Origin: Elsinoe ampelina
Lineage: Eukaryota
Length of the DNA stretch: 64,000 nucleotides
Assembly: GCA_010093995.1 (NCBI GenBank)
Contig: ML992501.1
Coordinates: 392,227-456,226 of the forward strand
Direction: 5' to 3'
Part shown: positions 33,224 to 46,110 of the stretch, one piece after another
Numbering within the stretch: the first letter of the stretch is position 1
Layout: each line of letters begins with the position of its first letter
Notes under the pieces: generated by a model
The model's database searches: none
What the model saw: only the letters and a program-made list of their open reading frames with translations
What the model was told of the DNA's origin: nothing
Made by a program: the position numbers and the translations under genes

Positions 33224-36200
33224 ATGCAGGGAACACGTCCACTGCTGCTGACATGGAGTCTCTGCAGCAGGACTGGTGCTGCGGCTGCACAACGTGGGCA
33301 GAACCTGCATGCATGGACTCAAGGTAATACTGCTGTGTCATACCTCCTCTGCTTCCCGTCTGACCTGTTCAGCAACGAGAACCTACACCACTGACCAGCG
33401 GAAACACACGGGTGTGTGGAAAGCTTCACCCAGAGCTCGGATACCACAGTCATTCCCGAGATGTGGCTCCACTTTGTCCAAGGCAGCCGAGAGTGCAGAG
33501 ACAGAAGAGCTTCCTCCCGTGGCAATTCCATATGGAGAGATTACAGTGGGAGCACCCGCCGAACAGGATCCGACCGAGAACCGCTTCAGTATGACTCCAG
33601 CCAATGCTGCTCTTCTCCTACGCAAAGGCTTCCGACGTGTTCTTGTTGCGCAGGGTGCTGGCGAGCGAGCTGGCTTCACGGATGAAGCATACGAAGCCGC
33701 AGGTGCCACAATCACAGCGAACGAGGATGTGCTTTCCAAGTCGGACATTGTGCTCAAGGTCAGACCTCCTACCACAGGCACAGAAGGTGCTGTGGACGAG
33801 GTGGCGGCTCTGCGACCTACCTCGACGCTGATCTCTTTCCTCTGGCCTATGCAGAATCAGCGGCTGGTAGCATCCCTTAGAGACAGGGGCGTTACTGCAC
33901 TAGCTATGGACATGATCCCACGTATCTCTCGCGCTCAGTCGTTCGATGCTCTCAGCTCCATGGCCAACATTGCTGGATATAAGGCTGTACTACTAGCCAG
34001 TAATTCCTTTGGTAGTTTCATGACAGGACAGGTCACAGCAGCTGGTAAGATCCCACCTTGCAAAGTTCTCGTGATCGGAGCAGGCGTGGCTGGTCTCTCC
34101 GCCATCTCTACCGCAAAGCGAATGGGCGCTATCGTCCGGGCCTTCGACACGCGAGCAGCTGCATTGGAACAGATCAAGTCGCTTGGCGCCGAACCGCTCG
34201 AGGTCCAGATCCAGGAGGACGGAGCTGGCGGCGGTGGCTATGCAAAAGAGATGAGCCCGGAGTTCATCGAGGCCGAAATGAAGCTGTTCATGCAGCAGTG
34301 CAAGGACGTGGACATCGTGATCACCACTGCGCTCATCCCCGGTAAGCCTGCTCCGAAGCTCATCTCTGCAGAGATGGTCAGAGCCATGAAGCCTGGTAGT
34401 GTGCTTGTCGATCTGGCGGCAGAGACTGGCGGCAATATCGAGGGTACCAAAAAGGGCGAGGTCGTGCAAGTCGGTGGTGCTACTATCATTGGGTATACCG
34501 ATCTACCTTCACGACTTCCCACGCAGTCCTCGACGTTGTACTCGAACAACATCACCAAGTTCTTGCTTTCTATGGCACCAACGGACAAGGCATTTGGCAT
34601 TGATCTCAAGGACGAGGTTGTCCGTGGCGCCATCTGTGCTCACGAAGGCAAGCTCATTCCTCCACCTGTGAGAATGGCACCTCCTGCTGCACCAGCACCT
34701 GCACCTGGTCAAACTTCACCTAAGATCAAGGACGAGACGAAGAAAGCGGCAGTCGCTTTGACGCCGTGGCAGAAAGCTACTCGTGATGTGTCCCTGACCA
34801 CTGGTGGGATGGGCACAGCCGTTCTACTTGGCAGAGCCACAGACGCAGCGTTCATGGGCAACCTCTTCACTTTCTCACTAGCAGGTCTGGTGGGATATCG
34901 AGCAGTCTGGGGTGTGGCGCCAGCTCTTCACTCGCCTCTCATGTCAGTCACCAACGCCATCTCCGGAATGGTAGGCGTAGGCGGTCTCTTCATCATGGGC
35001 GGCGGCATGATTCCCCAAACCATCCCCGAATACCTAGGCGCCGCCTCCGTCCTGCTCGCCTTCATCAACATCGGCGGCGGCTTCGTCATCACCAAGCGTA
35101 TGCTCGACATGTTCAAACGCCCCACCGACCCACCAGAATACAGCTGGCTCTACGCCGTCCCCGCCGCCGTCTTCGGGTCCGGCTTCCTCTACGCCGCCTC
35201 TACCGGCCTCGCCGGCCTGGTCCAAGGCGGCTACCTCGTCTCCTCCCTCCTCTGCATCGCCTCCATCTCCGGACTCGCCAGCCAAGTCACCGCCCGCCGC
35301 GGAAATATCTTCGGCATGCTCGGCGTCGCCGCCGGCGTCCTCGCCTCTCTCGCAGCCGTGGGCTTCAGCACCGACACCCTCATCCAATTCGCCATGGTCG
35401 CCGGCGCCGGCACAGGCGCAGGCATGCTCATCGGGCGGCAAATCACCGCGACATCCCTGCCCCAAACCGTCGCGGCACTGCACTCCGTCGTCGGCCTCGC
35501 CGCCGTCCTCACCAGCATCGGCTCCGTAATGGCCAACGTCACCGACCACGCAACCGCCCTGCACATGGTCACCGGCTACCTGGGCGTGCTCATCGGCGGG
35601 GTCACCTTCACGGGCTCCATCGTCGCATACATGAAACTCGCCGGCCGCATGAGCTCGCGCCCCACCATCCTCCCCGGCCGTCACGTCGTCAACTCGGGCC
35701 TCGTAGCAGCCAACGCAGCCACCATGGGCGCTTTCCTCACCATGGCGCCCGGCGCGCCCGCCATCGCCGCTACGTGTCTGGCGGCCAACACGGCCTTGAG
35801 TTTCGCAAAGGGGTACACCACCACTGCCGCGATCGGGGGGGCCGACATGCCTGTCGTCATCACGGTGTTGAACGCGTACTCGGGCTTCGCGCTGGTGGCG
35901 GAGGGGTTCATGCTGGACAACCCGTTGTTGACGACGGTGGGGAGTCTGATTGGGGTATCCGGGAGTATCCTGAGTTATATCATGTGCGTGGCGATGAATA
36001 GGAGTTTGACGAATGTGTTGTTCGGGGGGATCGCGCCGGTCGCGCAGGGGGAGCAGAAGAAGGTGGAAGGGGAGATTATGAGGACGGATGTGGAGAGTAC
36101 GGCGGAGATGTTGATGAATAGTGAGAGTGTGATTATTGTGAGTATGCTGGGTGGGAGGAGAGGAGGAGCATGCTGACTTGGATAGGTTGTTGGGTATGGA

Positions 36201-36863
36201 ATGGCTGTTGCGAAGGCGCAGTATGTCATTTCGGAGATTACGTCGATCCTTATGAGTAGGGGTATCAAGGTGAGGTTTGCGATTCATCCTGTCGCGGGGC
36301 GGATGCCGGGGCAGTGTAACGTGTTGCTTGCTGAGGCGGGGGTGCCGTATGATGGTAAGCTGGCTTCTCTGGGCGAGGTTGCGAGGTAGACTGACTAGCG
36401 CAGTCGTGTTCGAAATGGATGAGATCAATGACGACTTTGCGGATACGGACCTGACGCTCGTCATTGGAGCTAGTGAGTATCTTTTGTATACATCTGAGAT
36501 GAGTATGCTGATGATGGGCAGATGACACGGTCAACCCGATCGCCAAAGAGCCCAATTCGCCTATCGCCGGCATGCCGATTCTGGAAGTTTGGAAGTCGAA
36601 GCAAGTCATTGTAATGAAGCGAGGAATGGCTTCCGGCTATGGTAAGAATCATCGTATCGATACTGTTGATTCCCACTAACAAGGTGTAGCTGATGTACCA
36701 AACCCGCTGTTCTACAACCCACGAACGAGGATGCTTTTCGGCGATGCTAAGGACACTGTTGACAGTGAGTCTTTCGAGGAGGATCTGTTGTTGATCAAGC
36801 TAATGCGAAGCAGAAATCAAGACGGCACTTGAGAAGAATACCATGTCTGCATTGGATATCTAA
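33224..36863 (+). CDS. NNT: Mitochondrial proton-translocating NAD(P) transhydrogenase, single chain dI-dII-dIII; exons 33224-33323, 33373-36137, 36186-36354, 36404-36472, 36522-36641, 36690-36764, 36814-36863
   Basis: [72 protein letters not shown] and [11 protein letters not shown]. Six GT-AG introns restore the frame. The first exon (presequence) is inferred. Confidence 0.93.
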
Positions 36864-37103
36864 AGGATGGGACGGAAAGAAGGAGCATGTAGATAGGGAG
36901 TTTCTTGATACCAGACAGATGGCTTGAAGATGTACATAGCTGTTCTTGCGCCCCCTATGCATATATACTCTGCCACAGCGTCCCCGATCAAGTCGGCTAA
37001 AGAGGAGAGACGAGAGGCGTCACGTGGCCCTATTTGCTTGTTGACTTGTGTGTGGGGAGGAAAAAGGATTAATTACTGCCTGAACCACCAAAATAAGGTA
37101 GAT

Positions 37104-37537
37104 TGTAACTACATAAATACTTAACCTAGTATACTAAAAGATAGCTAAATCAAAAGAACTTCTTAATAGTAGCAGATTAAGACAATAATTATCTAATTTG
37201 ATTATAGATTAGTAAAATAGTAAGATAGTGTTTAGTTTAACCTTAGGATAAACTAAATTAAAGTCTTCTTAGCGCTCTAGCTTATACCTCGGTTAATATA
37301 TCCCTTTACTAAGTAGCTATAACTCTATAATAGCTAGTTAGTAGACTACTAACTTAAGGAATAGCTATTATAAGAAGGCCTTATACCTTCTAGGTAGTAA
37401 TAATTTAGTAAATCTATTAGCTAGTGTATCTACTAATAGTGTCTATATAACTAAGATAGGACTAGATAGATCTCTAGCTTAATTAATCTCTTGTTTTAGC
37501 TAATAATAATAAATATTAATATAGTAAAGATATATAT
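37104..37537 (-). mobile_element. 3' end of a RIPed Ty1/copia element (end of RNase H, purine tract, probable 3' LTR at ~37104-37298; LTR limits uncertain)
   Basis: The minus strand reads YINIYYY*LKQEI (=HIDIHHHWLKQE) and LANRFTKLL (=ADGFTK). The first motif is in frame with 50831+ across the gypsy insertion site. Confidence 0.7.
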
Positions 37538-37542
37538 TTAGC

Positions 37543-38005
37543 TGTTATAAACCGTCTAAACACAGCCTACGCTAGTAGTCTAAGCTAAGCTAAGAACGAG
37601 GTAGTTCTGCTTCTATAGTAGTATAGTACTAAGGTAAGAGTCGGAGAAGGTATATCTTATAGATAATAAAGTACAATTAGATAGTATTATAAAGGCTAGC
37701 CTTAGTAATACTAGTGTTCGCTATCTAGACGAGGTTAACTATAGTACTTATATAAGGTAAGGACTACTTCTATATACATGTGTTCTTTACTACGTACTCT
37801 ATGTGCTCTATATACTCTATAGCGAGAGTTAGAGGCAATATAGAGTACACGTCCGCTAGTAACCTATGTACTCTATAGTCCCTAGGGTAGAGCCGCTAGA
37901 GAAGATAGAGAACTAGGTAAATGTCGGGCTAGGTTATATAATAACCTTAGTAGTTTAATTAGTCCTAACATCTCTACGCTTTAGCTATCCTACTAGTTTA
38001 TAACA
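37543..38005 (-). repeat. 3' LTR of the outer gypsy element
   Basis: TGTTATAAACC...TATAACA; direct repeat of 50363..50825. Confidence 0.95.
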
Positions 38006-38079
38006 TTACTCTCCTCCCTTAATTAAGTTGTCCTAATAAGTAAGTATCCTTTCTTGTCCTTACGCGCTATATACTAAAC

Positions 38080-38630
38080 ATGCCTCCTAGTCGTTAAAGA
38101 CATAGTAAATCTAGCACATCTATACGAAAGAACCTTTCGAAGTTTATTAAATTGTTTAGAACTAACATGCTATAAGCTTACTCTCGTTATAAGTTAAAAG
38201 AGCTAGACTACAAAGTCTATATTCGGTTAGGTATTTATAGCTAGTGTGTTACGAGTAACTACTCGAGTTATAATATTTAGATAACAAAATCGGAATAGTA
38301 GCGTCTCTAGTCTAAGTATATTCGTTTATAAAAGGAATTAGTTACGGCTAAGGCTACTAGAAAGGAAGCTAAAGAAGCTTATAAAAAGGCAAAAGAGGCT
38401 TATTAAAGAGCTATAGGTAATAAGCTTTACCTACGTAAAGAGATATAAAAGTTAAAAGACAAGGTAGAGGAAGTAATCTCTCTAGAAGAGACCTATATTT
38501 AAGTCTTAGAGTAGAAGGAAATACTATTGTTAGTAGATCCTATTCTACTATAGAACTAGTAATTATTTATGCCTAACTCCGATTAGAGTTCCTTACTTAG
38601 TAACGATTAAGGTACTTCTATTAGTTAAGT
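38080..38630 (+). pseudogene. RIP-inactivated antisense ORF inside the outer gypsy element: Zn2Cys6-like cluster plus coiled coil (3' limit approximate)
   Basis: One frame from ATG 38080 has only TAA/TAG stops. Tyr/Cys codons at 38179-38271 are spaced x2-x6-x8-x2-x7 and are followed by a Lys/Glu/Ala-rich heptad helix. Confidence 0.7.
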
Positions 38631-39856
38631 AATCTTCCTTAGGCATTCTTGTTTTTATTTAGTGTTTAGAGTGCTAGGTCTATCTAGTTAGTTTACTTAG
38701 GATAGGTTCTTAATCTAGTAATCTAGAATTACTTACGAGGTAAGGTACTTCTCTAGTTTCTATATTACTTTACTATACTAATGTCCCTTCTAGTAAATAA
38801 GATAGTAGCATTTTTCTTTTATAAGTTTATAACGTAAAACCCTTTCGATCTTATACTATAGCTCCTATATTTCTTTATCTAGTTCGATAGGTCCGGGTAT
38901 AGTATTCTATAGTGCTTTCTCTAGTAGTAATATATAAAAGACTAGATAGATCCTTATATGTCTTAGTAGTTCTAGTTTGTATATATTCTTATTTTTCTTT
39001 TCTAGGATCTTAAAGGGTCCTAGTTTAGTATAGTTAAGTTTCTTACTTAGTTGTTTCGTTTTAATGTTTTTACTAAGGAGATAAACTTTCTCTCTCTCCT
39101 ATAGAATTAGTCCTACAATTCTCTTCTAGTTAGTAAACTCTACTATTCTTTATAATATAAATGCTATATTATAGTATAGCTAGTCGTGTAGTTTCTTAAT
39201 ATTAGCTACTAGTATATTAGTATCCTTAGATATTAGCTTAATTCCGAGTGTATTATAGTATAGATCTAGGTATATTTTAAAGTTTATATAGAATAGTGAA
39301 ATTCTATTCGCTAACTTTCTATTATTAATAGTAAGCTCTATAAGTAGTAATAGTGTTACCTATAAGTCTTACTTATAGTTTAGGTAGCATCGTAGGTACT
39401 ACTCTAGTACTTAATTTGCCTATTTAGTTTATCTATCCGTTTATAGATAAAAGGAAGTTAATAGCTTATGTTTAACTCCTAGTAGGTCTATAAATAATTA
39501 CTAGAATTGTAACGTAAATAGCTTATCCCTATTAGTTATTAGGTCTCGTAGTACTCTATGTTATAAAATAATTATTTAGAGAAAGACAAAGGCTATATCC
39601 TCGGTAGTTACTATTGTCTTATATAGTACAAAGTAGTAATACTTCGTAAATCTATCTACTAGAACTAGAATACTATTATACTTTACACCTGTAAGAGGTT
39701 CTTCTAATAGCGGTAAAGGTCCTATAAAGTCTATCGTAACTAATTACTATAGTTTATCTAATAGTGTTAAGAGTTATAATAGGCTATATAGCTTATGTCG
39801 TAAGTGCTTAGACTTATAGCATGTATCGCATATAGTAATATACGTCTTAATATTGT

Positions 39857-42800
39857 TAATTACGACTAGTAAGACAAGAGGTTAATTACGTCTATTCGTT
39901 AAGATATCGAGACTTAGAAGAAGAAGAAGAAAAGCTAGTATATAAAGCACACGTAATATCGAGGGCGGAGCGGCCGGAAGCCTAGGCCGCGATGCTAAGA
40001 TCACGTAACTAATCTAAACTAGATCCTAACTAAATCTAGTTCGTATCTATCTCGTATTACTACTCTCTCTCTTAAGCGCGTTTACCCTTAAACGCTATTA
40101 TATATTATTTATTAATCTATTTCGGCCTTAGCTTATCCGTGTAAGAGTCTAGATAGTTATATAGTATGTCGGCTACTCCTTTAAGGTTGTTAATTAGCTA
40201 CTAGGTAAGATTCTCTAGATAGCTCTTCTAGCTTATATAAGTAACTAGCTTCTCTCGTAGTATACGTATGTTAATTACGTTATCTACCTTATACTCTTCC
40301 TTACTGTCGATCTCTACCGGAGGCGGTTCCTTAAAGACTTAGCCTAGTAGAGGGTTATTCGGGTGCTTAGTAAGGAGGTCGGCGTAAAACACAGAGTAAA
40401 TCCTTTATAGAGTAGCTAGTAGATCGAGCTTATATACTAATAGCGACTGTTTTTCGAGGATCTTATAAGGACTAACATACTTCAGTAGTAGCTTCAGATT
40501 ACCCTATAGCCAAAGGTTTTTCATCGATAACTACACTAAATCGCTAGCTTTAAACTCTATTAGCTAGCGGTGTTTATTAGCTTACTTTACTATTCGTAAC
40601 TAAGCGACAGCAAGGTTAGCTTTAGTAATAGTAAGGGCTTCTTCTAGTTGTTTAGTAAGCGCGCGAATTTCGGCCTTATTAAGCTTAGCTCTTGTTAATA
40701 GTAAGTCGGTAGGGGGCTAGAAGCTTATTCTTAGCTTATATCCTCTAGTCACCTCGAATAGCAATAGCTTAGTACTTTCCGAGGGGTTAGCATTTATAGA
40801 GAACTCTATAACCGGTAGAACAAGGGTCTAATTACTAAACTGTGTTATATAGAATTAAATAACTCGTTTAAACTCTTAGTTTATAACTTCTAATTAGCTG
40901 TCTATTTAAGGGTAGCCGGCAGTAAATAGCTTAGCTATAATCTTTAGGATCTAGTAGAGCCTCTTCTATACGTCGCTAACGAACTAAGGGCTATAGTTAG
41001 AGGTAATACTATCTAGTAGGCTATATAGTTTCTATACGTAGAAGAATAATAGCTTAGCCGTCTCGAACGTAGAGGTTCCTCCTTCTCCCTAGAGGTAAGG
41101 GATTAAGTATTGCTCCTTAGATAAGCAATCGACAATATATAGTACTACGTTGTAGCTATCTACTAGAGGTAGGCTAGTAACGAAGTCTATAGTGATATAT
41201 TGCTAAGGTCTTACTAGAATAGGCAATAGCGATAGGAGGCTAGCTAGTAAGCTATAGCGAGCCTTTAAGCGCTTATAGTTGTAATAGTTAGCTACGAACC
41301 TCTTAATAAAGTTATTATAGCTTAGGATATAAAAGGTAGTCTTAATTATAGCGGCCGTTTTAGTAGCTCCTCTATATATATAGTTCTTCGATATATAGAC
41401 TTCTTAGATAACCTTTACGGCTATTAACTATAGTACGAATAGTTAGCCGGCGACCTATAATACCTCTTTATTAATAGTAATATTGCTCGACGGTAGCTAT
41501 TTCCTCTTTAGGAAGGCCCCTATTATATAGTAGATGCCTCTAACTGTTTTGCACTTAGCGTCTTATAAGTTAGCTTTAGCTACTTCTTCGAAAACGGGTA
41601 AAGGTTCTTCCGCGGCTAAGATAGGTACTACGTAGATGCCTAGTTCGGCAGCCGAAATAGGCGCCGATACAGGTAGCGAAATAGAAGGCAAAATCGGTAG
41701 CGAACTAGACAGCGAACTAGTCTGCGAACTAGATGCTAAACTAGATCTTAGTTCGGCTTAGATTAGTAATCTAGTTCGGATGCGACCTAGATTTAGTTCG
41801 TCGATAATGCGCTAATCTAGCACCTTATATAGTAGTAGCGTCTAGCGTAGATTAGAGTCTTCTCTCGAACGTAGTACATCTCTATTCTTCCTTATAAGCG
41901 CGTTAGCCTTGCCGTTAGCGGCGCTAGGCCTATATATAATCTTAAAGTTAAACTACGTAAGGTAGAGAGCCTAGCGTACTTAGCGGCGTAATAGCTTCTA
42001 AGTCTTTATAAAGTGTATTAAGGATTAGTAGTTAGTAAGGATATAGATAGCCTTATTAGATTAAGTGCTTATAAGCTTAGGGGCCTATTCCTCGAAGGCT
42101 TAGACGATTACTAGTAGTTCCTTATCGTAGATAGCGTAGTTATATTCGGCTTCATTTATAGATTTACTAAAAAAGGTAATAGGCTAGAGAATGTTAGACT
42201 TATTATATTACGATAGGATTCTAGTAGTAGTAGTGTTAGAGGCGTTAGTCTTAAGAACTATCTACTTCGAGCAATCGAAATACGTAAGGATAGGCGCACT
42301 TATAATAGTGTACTTTATGTAGTTAAATACAGTAGTATACTTATCGTTCTATAGTGTAGTGTTCTTCTTAAGGAGATCGTTTAGTAGCTTAGCAATAGTG
42401 CTAAATCCCTTAATAAAGTAGCGATAGTAGCTATAGAAACTAATAAAGCTTCTTACCTAAGTAGTGTTACTAGGAGCTAGCTATTTCTAGGCTCGTATAG
42501 CTTTTATCTTCTTTAGATCTATTTTAACTCTATCTTAGCTAATAATAATACTAAGATACTTTACCTCTATTAGGTAGAACTTACTCTTCTTAATGTTAGT
42601 GTTTAGGCCTAACTCGCGGAGCTTCTAGAGCACTAGCTTAATATGCTTAGCGTGCTCTTAGCAGGAGCTATTTATATAGATAAGGATATTGTCTAGGTAG
42701 ATCGACACGAAGCGCTCTAGTATATCGACGAAGTTATAATTTATAAACCTCTACTAGACTATAGAGGCATTAGTAAGGCTAAACGGTATTACTAGCTACT

Positions 42801-45800
42801 TAAAGTTACTTATATATATAGAGAACGTAGTAAGATCTTTACTATCGACGGAGTTATAGAGGTAGTAGAAGGCTTAACGAATGTTAATCTTGCTAAACTA
42901 TTTAGCCTTACTTACGTATATAAGCGTTTCTTTAATAAGGGGTAGAGGATAGATATCTCACTTAGTTACCTTATTAAGGCTATAGTAGTTAACGTAGAGA
43001 TAGAGTTCTCTACCTAGCTTATAAACAAAGAGAATAGGTAAGGAATAGCTAGTAGAACTTAGTGTAATAAAGCCTTTATTAAGATGTTCTTAGATAAATT
43101 ATTCTACTATATCGAGTTCTTCTAGCGATAGGCAGCATAAAGGCTCTATATATAGTAGCTTAGCGCTATCTTTAAGTATAATACGGTTATTAAAATCTAG
43201 CCGATGCTAAGGGAGCATATTAGATTATTCTTTAGAGAAGACGTTAGTAAACTCCTATAACTCCTCTAGGAGAACTACTATAGAATCTAGTTCTAGCTCG
43301 AAGGCTATCTAGTAGTAGTCTTTAATATTCTTTACCGAGATTATAAACACCTTATTCTCTTAGTATTTAGCTACTAATACAAAGGTAGTAGCGCTAATAA
43401 AAGCGATAGTTAGCTTTTCTTACTTAGTGTTACTTACGTAGGCAAGTACGTAGGAGAACTTATACATTAACTAAGTACTATAGAAGATTAGCTTAAACTC
43501 TCCCTAATTTAGCTTAAAGTTCGACCTAAGAGCTAGTAGTCGATATAGTCTAGTTCGCTCTATCTTAGTAGCCGAGCTAGAACCTAGTTTACGTGTTAAA
43601 CTAGGACCGAACTAATTCTAAACTAAAACGGTAGCTTTGCCGAGCTAGGTTCCTAGATCTAAGCCGGGCTTAGATCTAGATTCTAGCCTTTTAATTAGCT
43701 ACGGCGGCTTCTACTTAACAACTGTCGGCGAAAACTCTTCTTTGTATATAACTTAGCTGTGCTTATAGTCGATAGTAGCCCTATTAGCCTTAAGCTAGCT
43801 AAGGCCGAGGATAATGTCGAATTAGCCGATATCTATAATACAAAAGGTAGTAAGGTTATTTAGCTTACTAGAAACAGTAGTAGTAAGGGGAACGCTATAT
43901 ATAACTTGCTCTATTAAAACACCGTTATAGGCTTAAAGCTAAATAGGACTAGCTAGTGCTATAGGGTAGCCGAAGCTCTTTAGCTTGTCGAGAATGTTAT
44001 AATTAACTATAGCGCTAATAAGCGCGCTAGTGTCGATAAAGGCTTAAAGTATAATAGTACGTAAGCGGTTATAGGGGTCGTAAATAGTAATAGGAGTTAT
44101 AATAGCGGGGATGTAGTAGCTAATAACACTATTTAGTAACTATATACCTCTAGATCTATCTCGAATTACTCTTGTTCCGCTAGAGGATAGAACTCGTCCT
44201 CTAGCTACTTATTTCTCTAGCTAGAGAAACTAGTAGGCTCGTAGTCTATTTTAGAGTCGAACTAAGACTTAACTAGATCTAGTTCGTAAGTCGAACTAGT
44301 ATCGACCTAGTTACTTAACTCGGCTAAGCGATTCTAGAGCTGCTATATCTCCTCTATAGCGCTAATACGTGCGGAGCATATAGTAGCGTAAGTAGCCTTC
44401 TCTAAGGCGCTAGCTATATACTTAGTAGAGATATGTCTAGGCTTACTACATGTGTAATAGGTAAGTACTAGAGCCGGACGGAAAGGCTACGGAGTACCTC
44501 TAGTAATAGGGCGGAAGGTAGGTAGAGCTATAGGCGTAGAGGTAGAATAAGGTACGTAAGTAGGTACGGTAGTAGCGCGGCTTATAGCTAGCATAGAACG
44601 TAAAGCCTAAGTGCGCTTAGTGATAAGGTTATTCTATTAAATGTTATAGTTAGTAGCGTAGGCCTTAGTAATAAAGGCGGTAAGGTTATTAGTGTTATAG
44701 TTAACTAGAGCATCGCGTAGCTCGTTAGATATCTTCTAATAGATCTAGTATAGCTACTTCTCTTTAGCGATCTTAGCGCGAAGAGTGTACTTATTAAACT
44801 CGCTAATAAAGGAGTTAAACGTACTATTACACTAGAAGAGGTTAGCAAACTAAGTGCGTGTAGTAGCCCTATAGTTAGGATCCTCGAAGTACTAGGCTAG
44901 GAGGATAAGGACCTCTTCGACGCTAATAACGTTATTACCGGCTAAGTCTATAATAAGAGTATAGACTTCTCTAGAGAGGCGTAAGTATAGATAGGCAAAC
45001 TAAGTGTCTCTTATAGAGAAACAATCTATGTTAGTGCGTATCTTATTCCTTATCTAGTGCTTAAAGACCTCGAACTGCTCTAGTGTACCTATGCTAAAGA
45101 CGGTAGGGTCTAGTATCTTTTCTAACAAGGTAGAGCTACGTATAGAAAGGGCTAGTATACTACGCTCTATCTCGTTTCTTAGTCGGTCTACCTTAGCCTT
45201 AAGCTCTTAGATTTTGTCTAGGTAGCGAGTAGCTTAGGCAGTAACGCCGTCGGTATAGGACTAAGATACGTCTAGTTCGGATTAGAGGTTACCGAGCTAG
45301 GCCTAAGTAGTATCTAACTTATAGTAATAGTAGAGAGCGTCGGTATAAGCGCCTTTTACCTATGTAGTTTACTTATCGTAGAAGGACTCGATATAGTTAA
45401 ATACGTCTCTTAGTACCTATATACTATGCTCTTTCTATAGCTTCTTAAGGAGTATAGCGTTAGAGAGGGCAAAAAGATTATAGTAGGGAGAGTAGATAGA
45501 GGCGTTATTATTGTCAAGGATAGGTTAAGGTAGCTTACTTTAGTAGCGCTCTTTGTCGCTATAGTTAGATCGAGCTATACTCGGCGTAGTTAGTTATAAA
45601 TAGAATAGTATAAAAAGTTAACGCGTAACAAAGGGAATATTAAAATTTTTAGCTAGTAGCCTACTTCCTTTAAGAGTCGTCTATAACTCGACTTATTATC
45701 TTCTTCTTATATCTTCGGAGTTTATAGTATTAACCTATATAGCGGCAGTAAGGATCTATTATAGTGTACGCGGGAACTGTAGTTGTAATAGCTTCTTCTT

Positions 45801-46110
45801 CGATTCTTCGTAAGTGGTAGTTATTAGTAGTTACGTAAGTAGTAGAATAACTAGATAGTTTAATAGCTCTATTGCTTAGTCGCGGCTTCTTCGAAGTCTC
45901 GATATAGTAATTACAACTAGTAAGACAAGAGGTTAATTACGTCTATTTATTAAGATATTAAGACTTAGAAGAAGAAGAAGAAAAGCTAGTATATAAAGCA
46001 TATATAATATCGAGAGCGAAGCGGCCGGAAGCCCGGGCTGCAATGCCGAGATTACATAACTAATCTAAACTAGATCCTAACTGAATCTAGTTCGTATCTA
46101 TCTTATATTA
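39857..46110 (-). mobile_element. Inner full-length Ty3/gypsy chromovirus of a different family, RIPed; 203-bp LTRs at 39857..40059 and 45908..46110; TSD ATTGT; inserted in the outer element's integrase region
   Basis: ATTGT occurs at 39852-56 and 46111-15, and a PPT lies next to 40060. Motifs: Gag knuckle YYTCSKPRHISTKY (~44445), protease AFIDTSA (~44035), RT IYLDNIL (~42695), RNase H KTNASN (~42245), chromodomain EPPPVEIDSKEEYKVD (~40300). Confidence 0.95.

Noticed and set aside
35034..36464. Long antisense or alternate-frame ORFs over real genes (476 aa here; also 19191..20411, 17551..18417, 7529..8131, 1674..2282, 2298..2870)
   Set aside because: They are shadows of conserved genes. The extreme C/G skew removes stop codons and the products are low-complexity.
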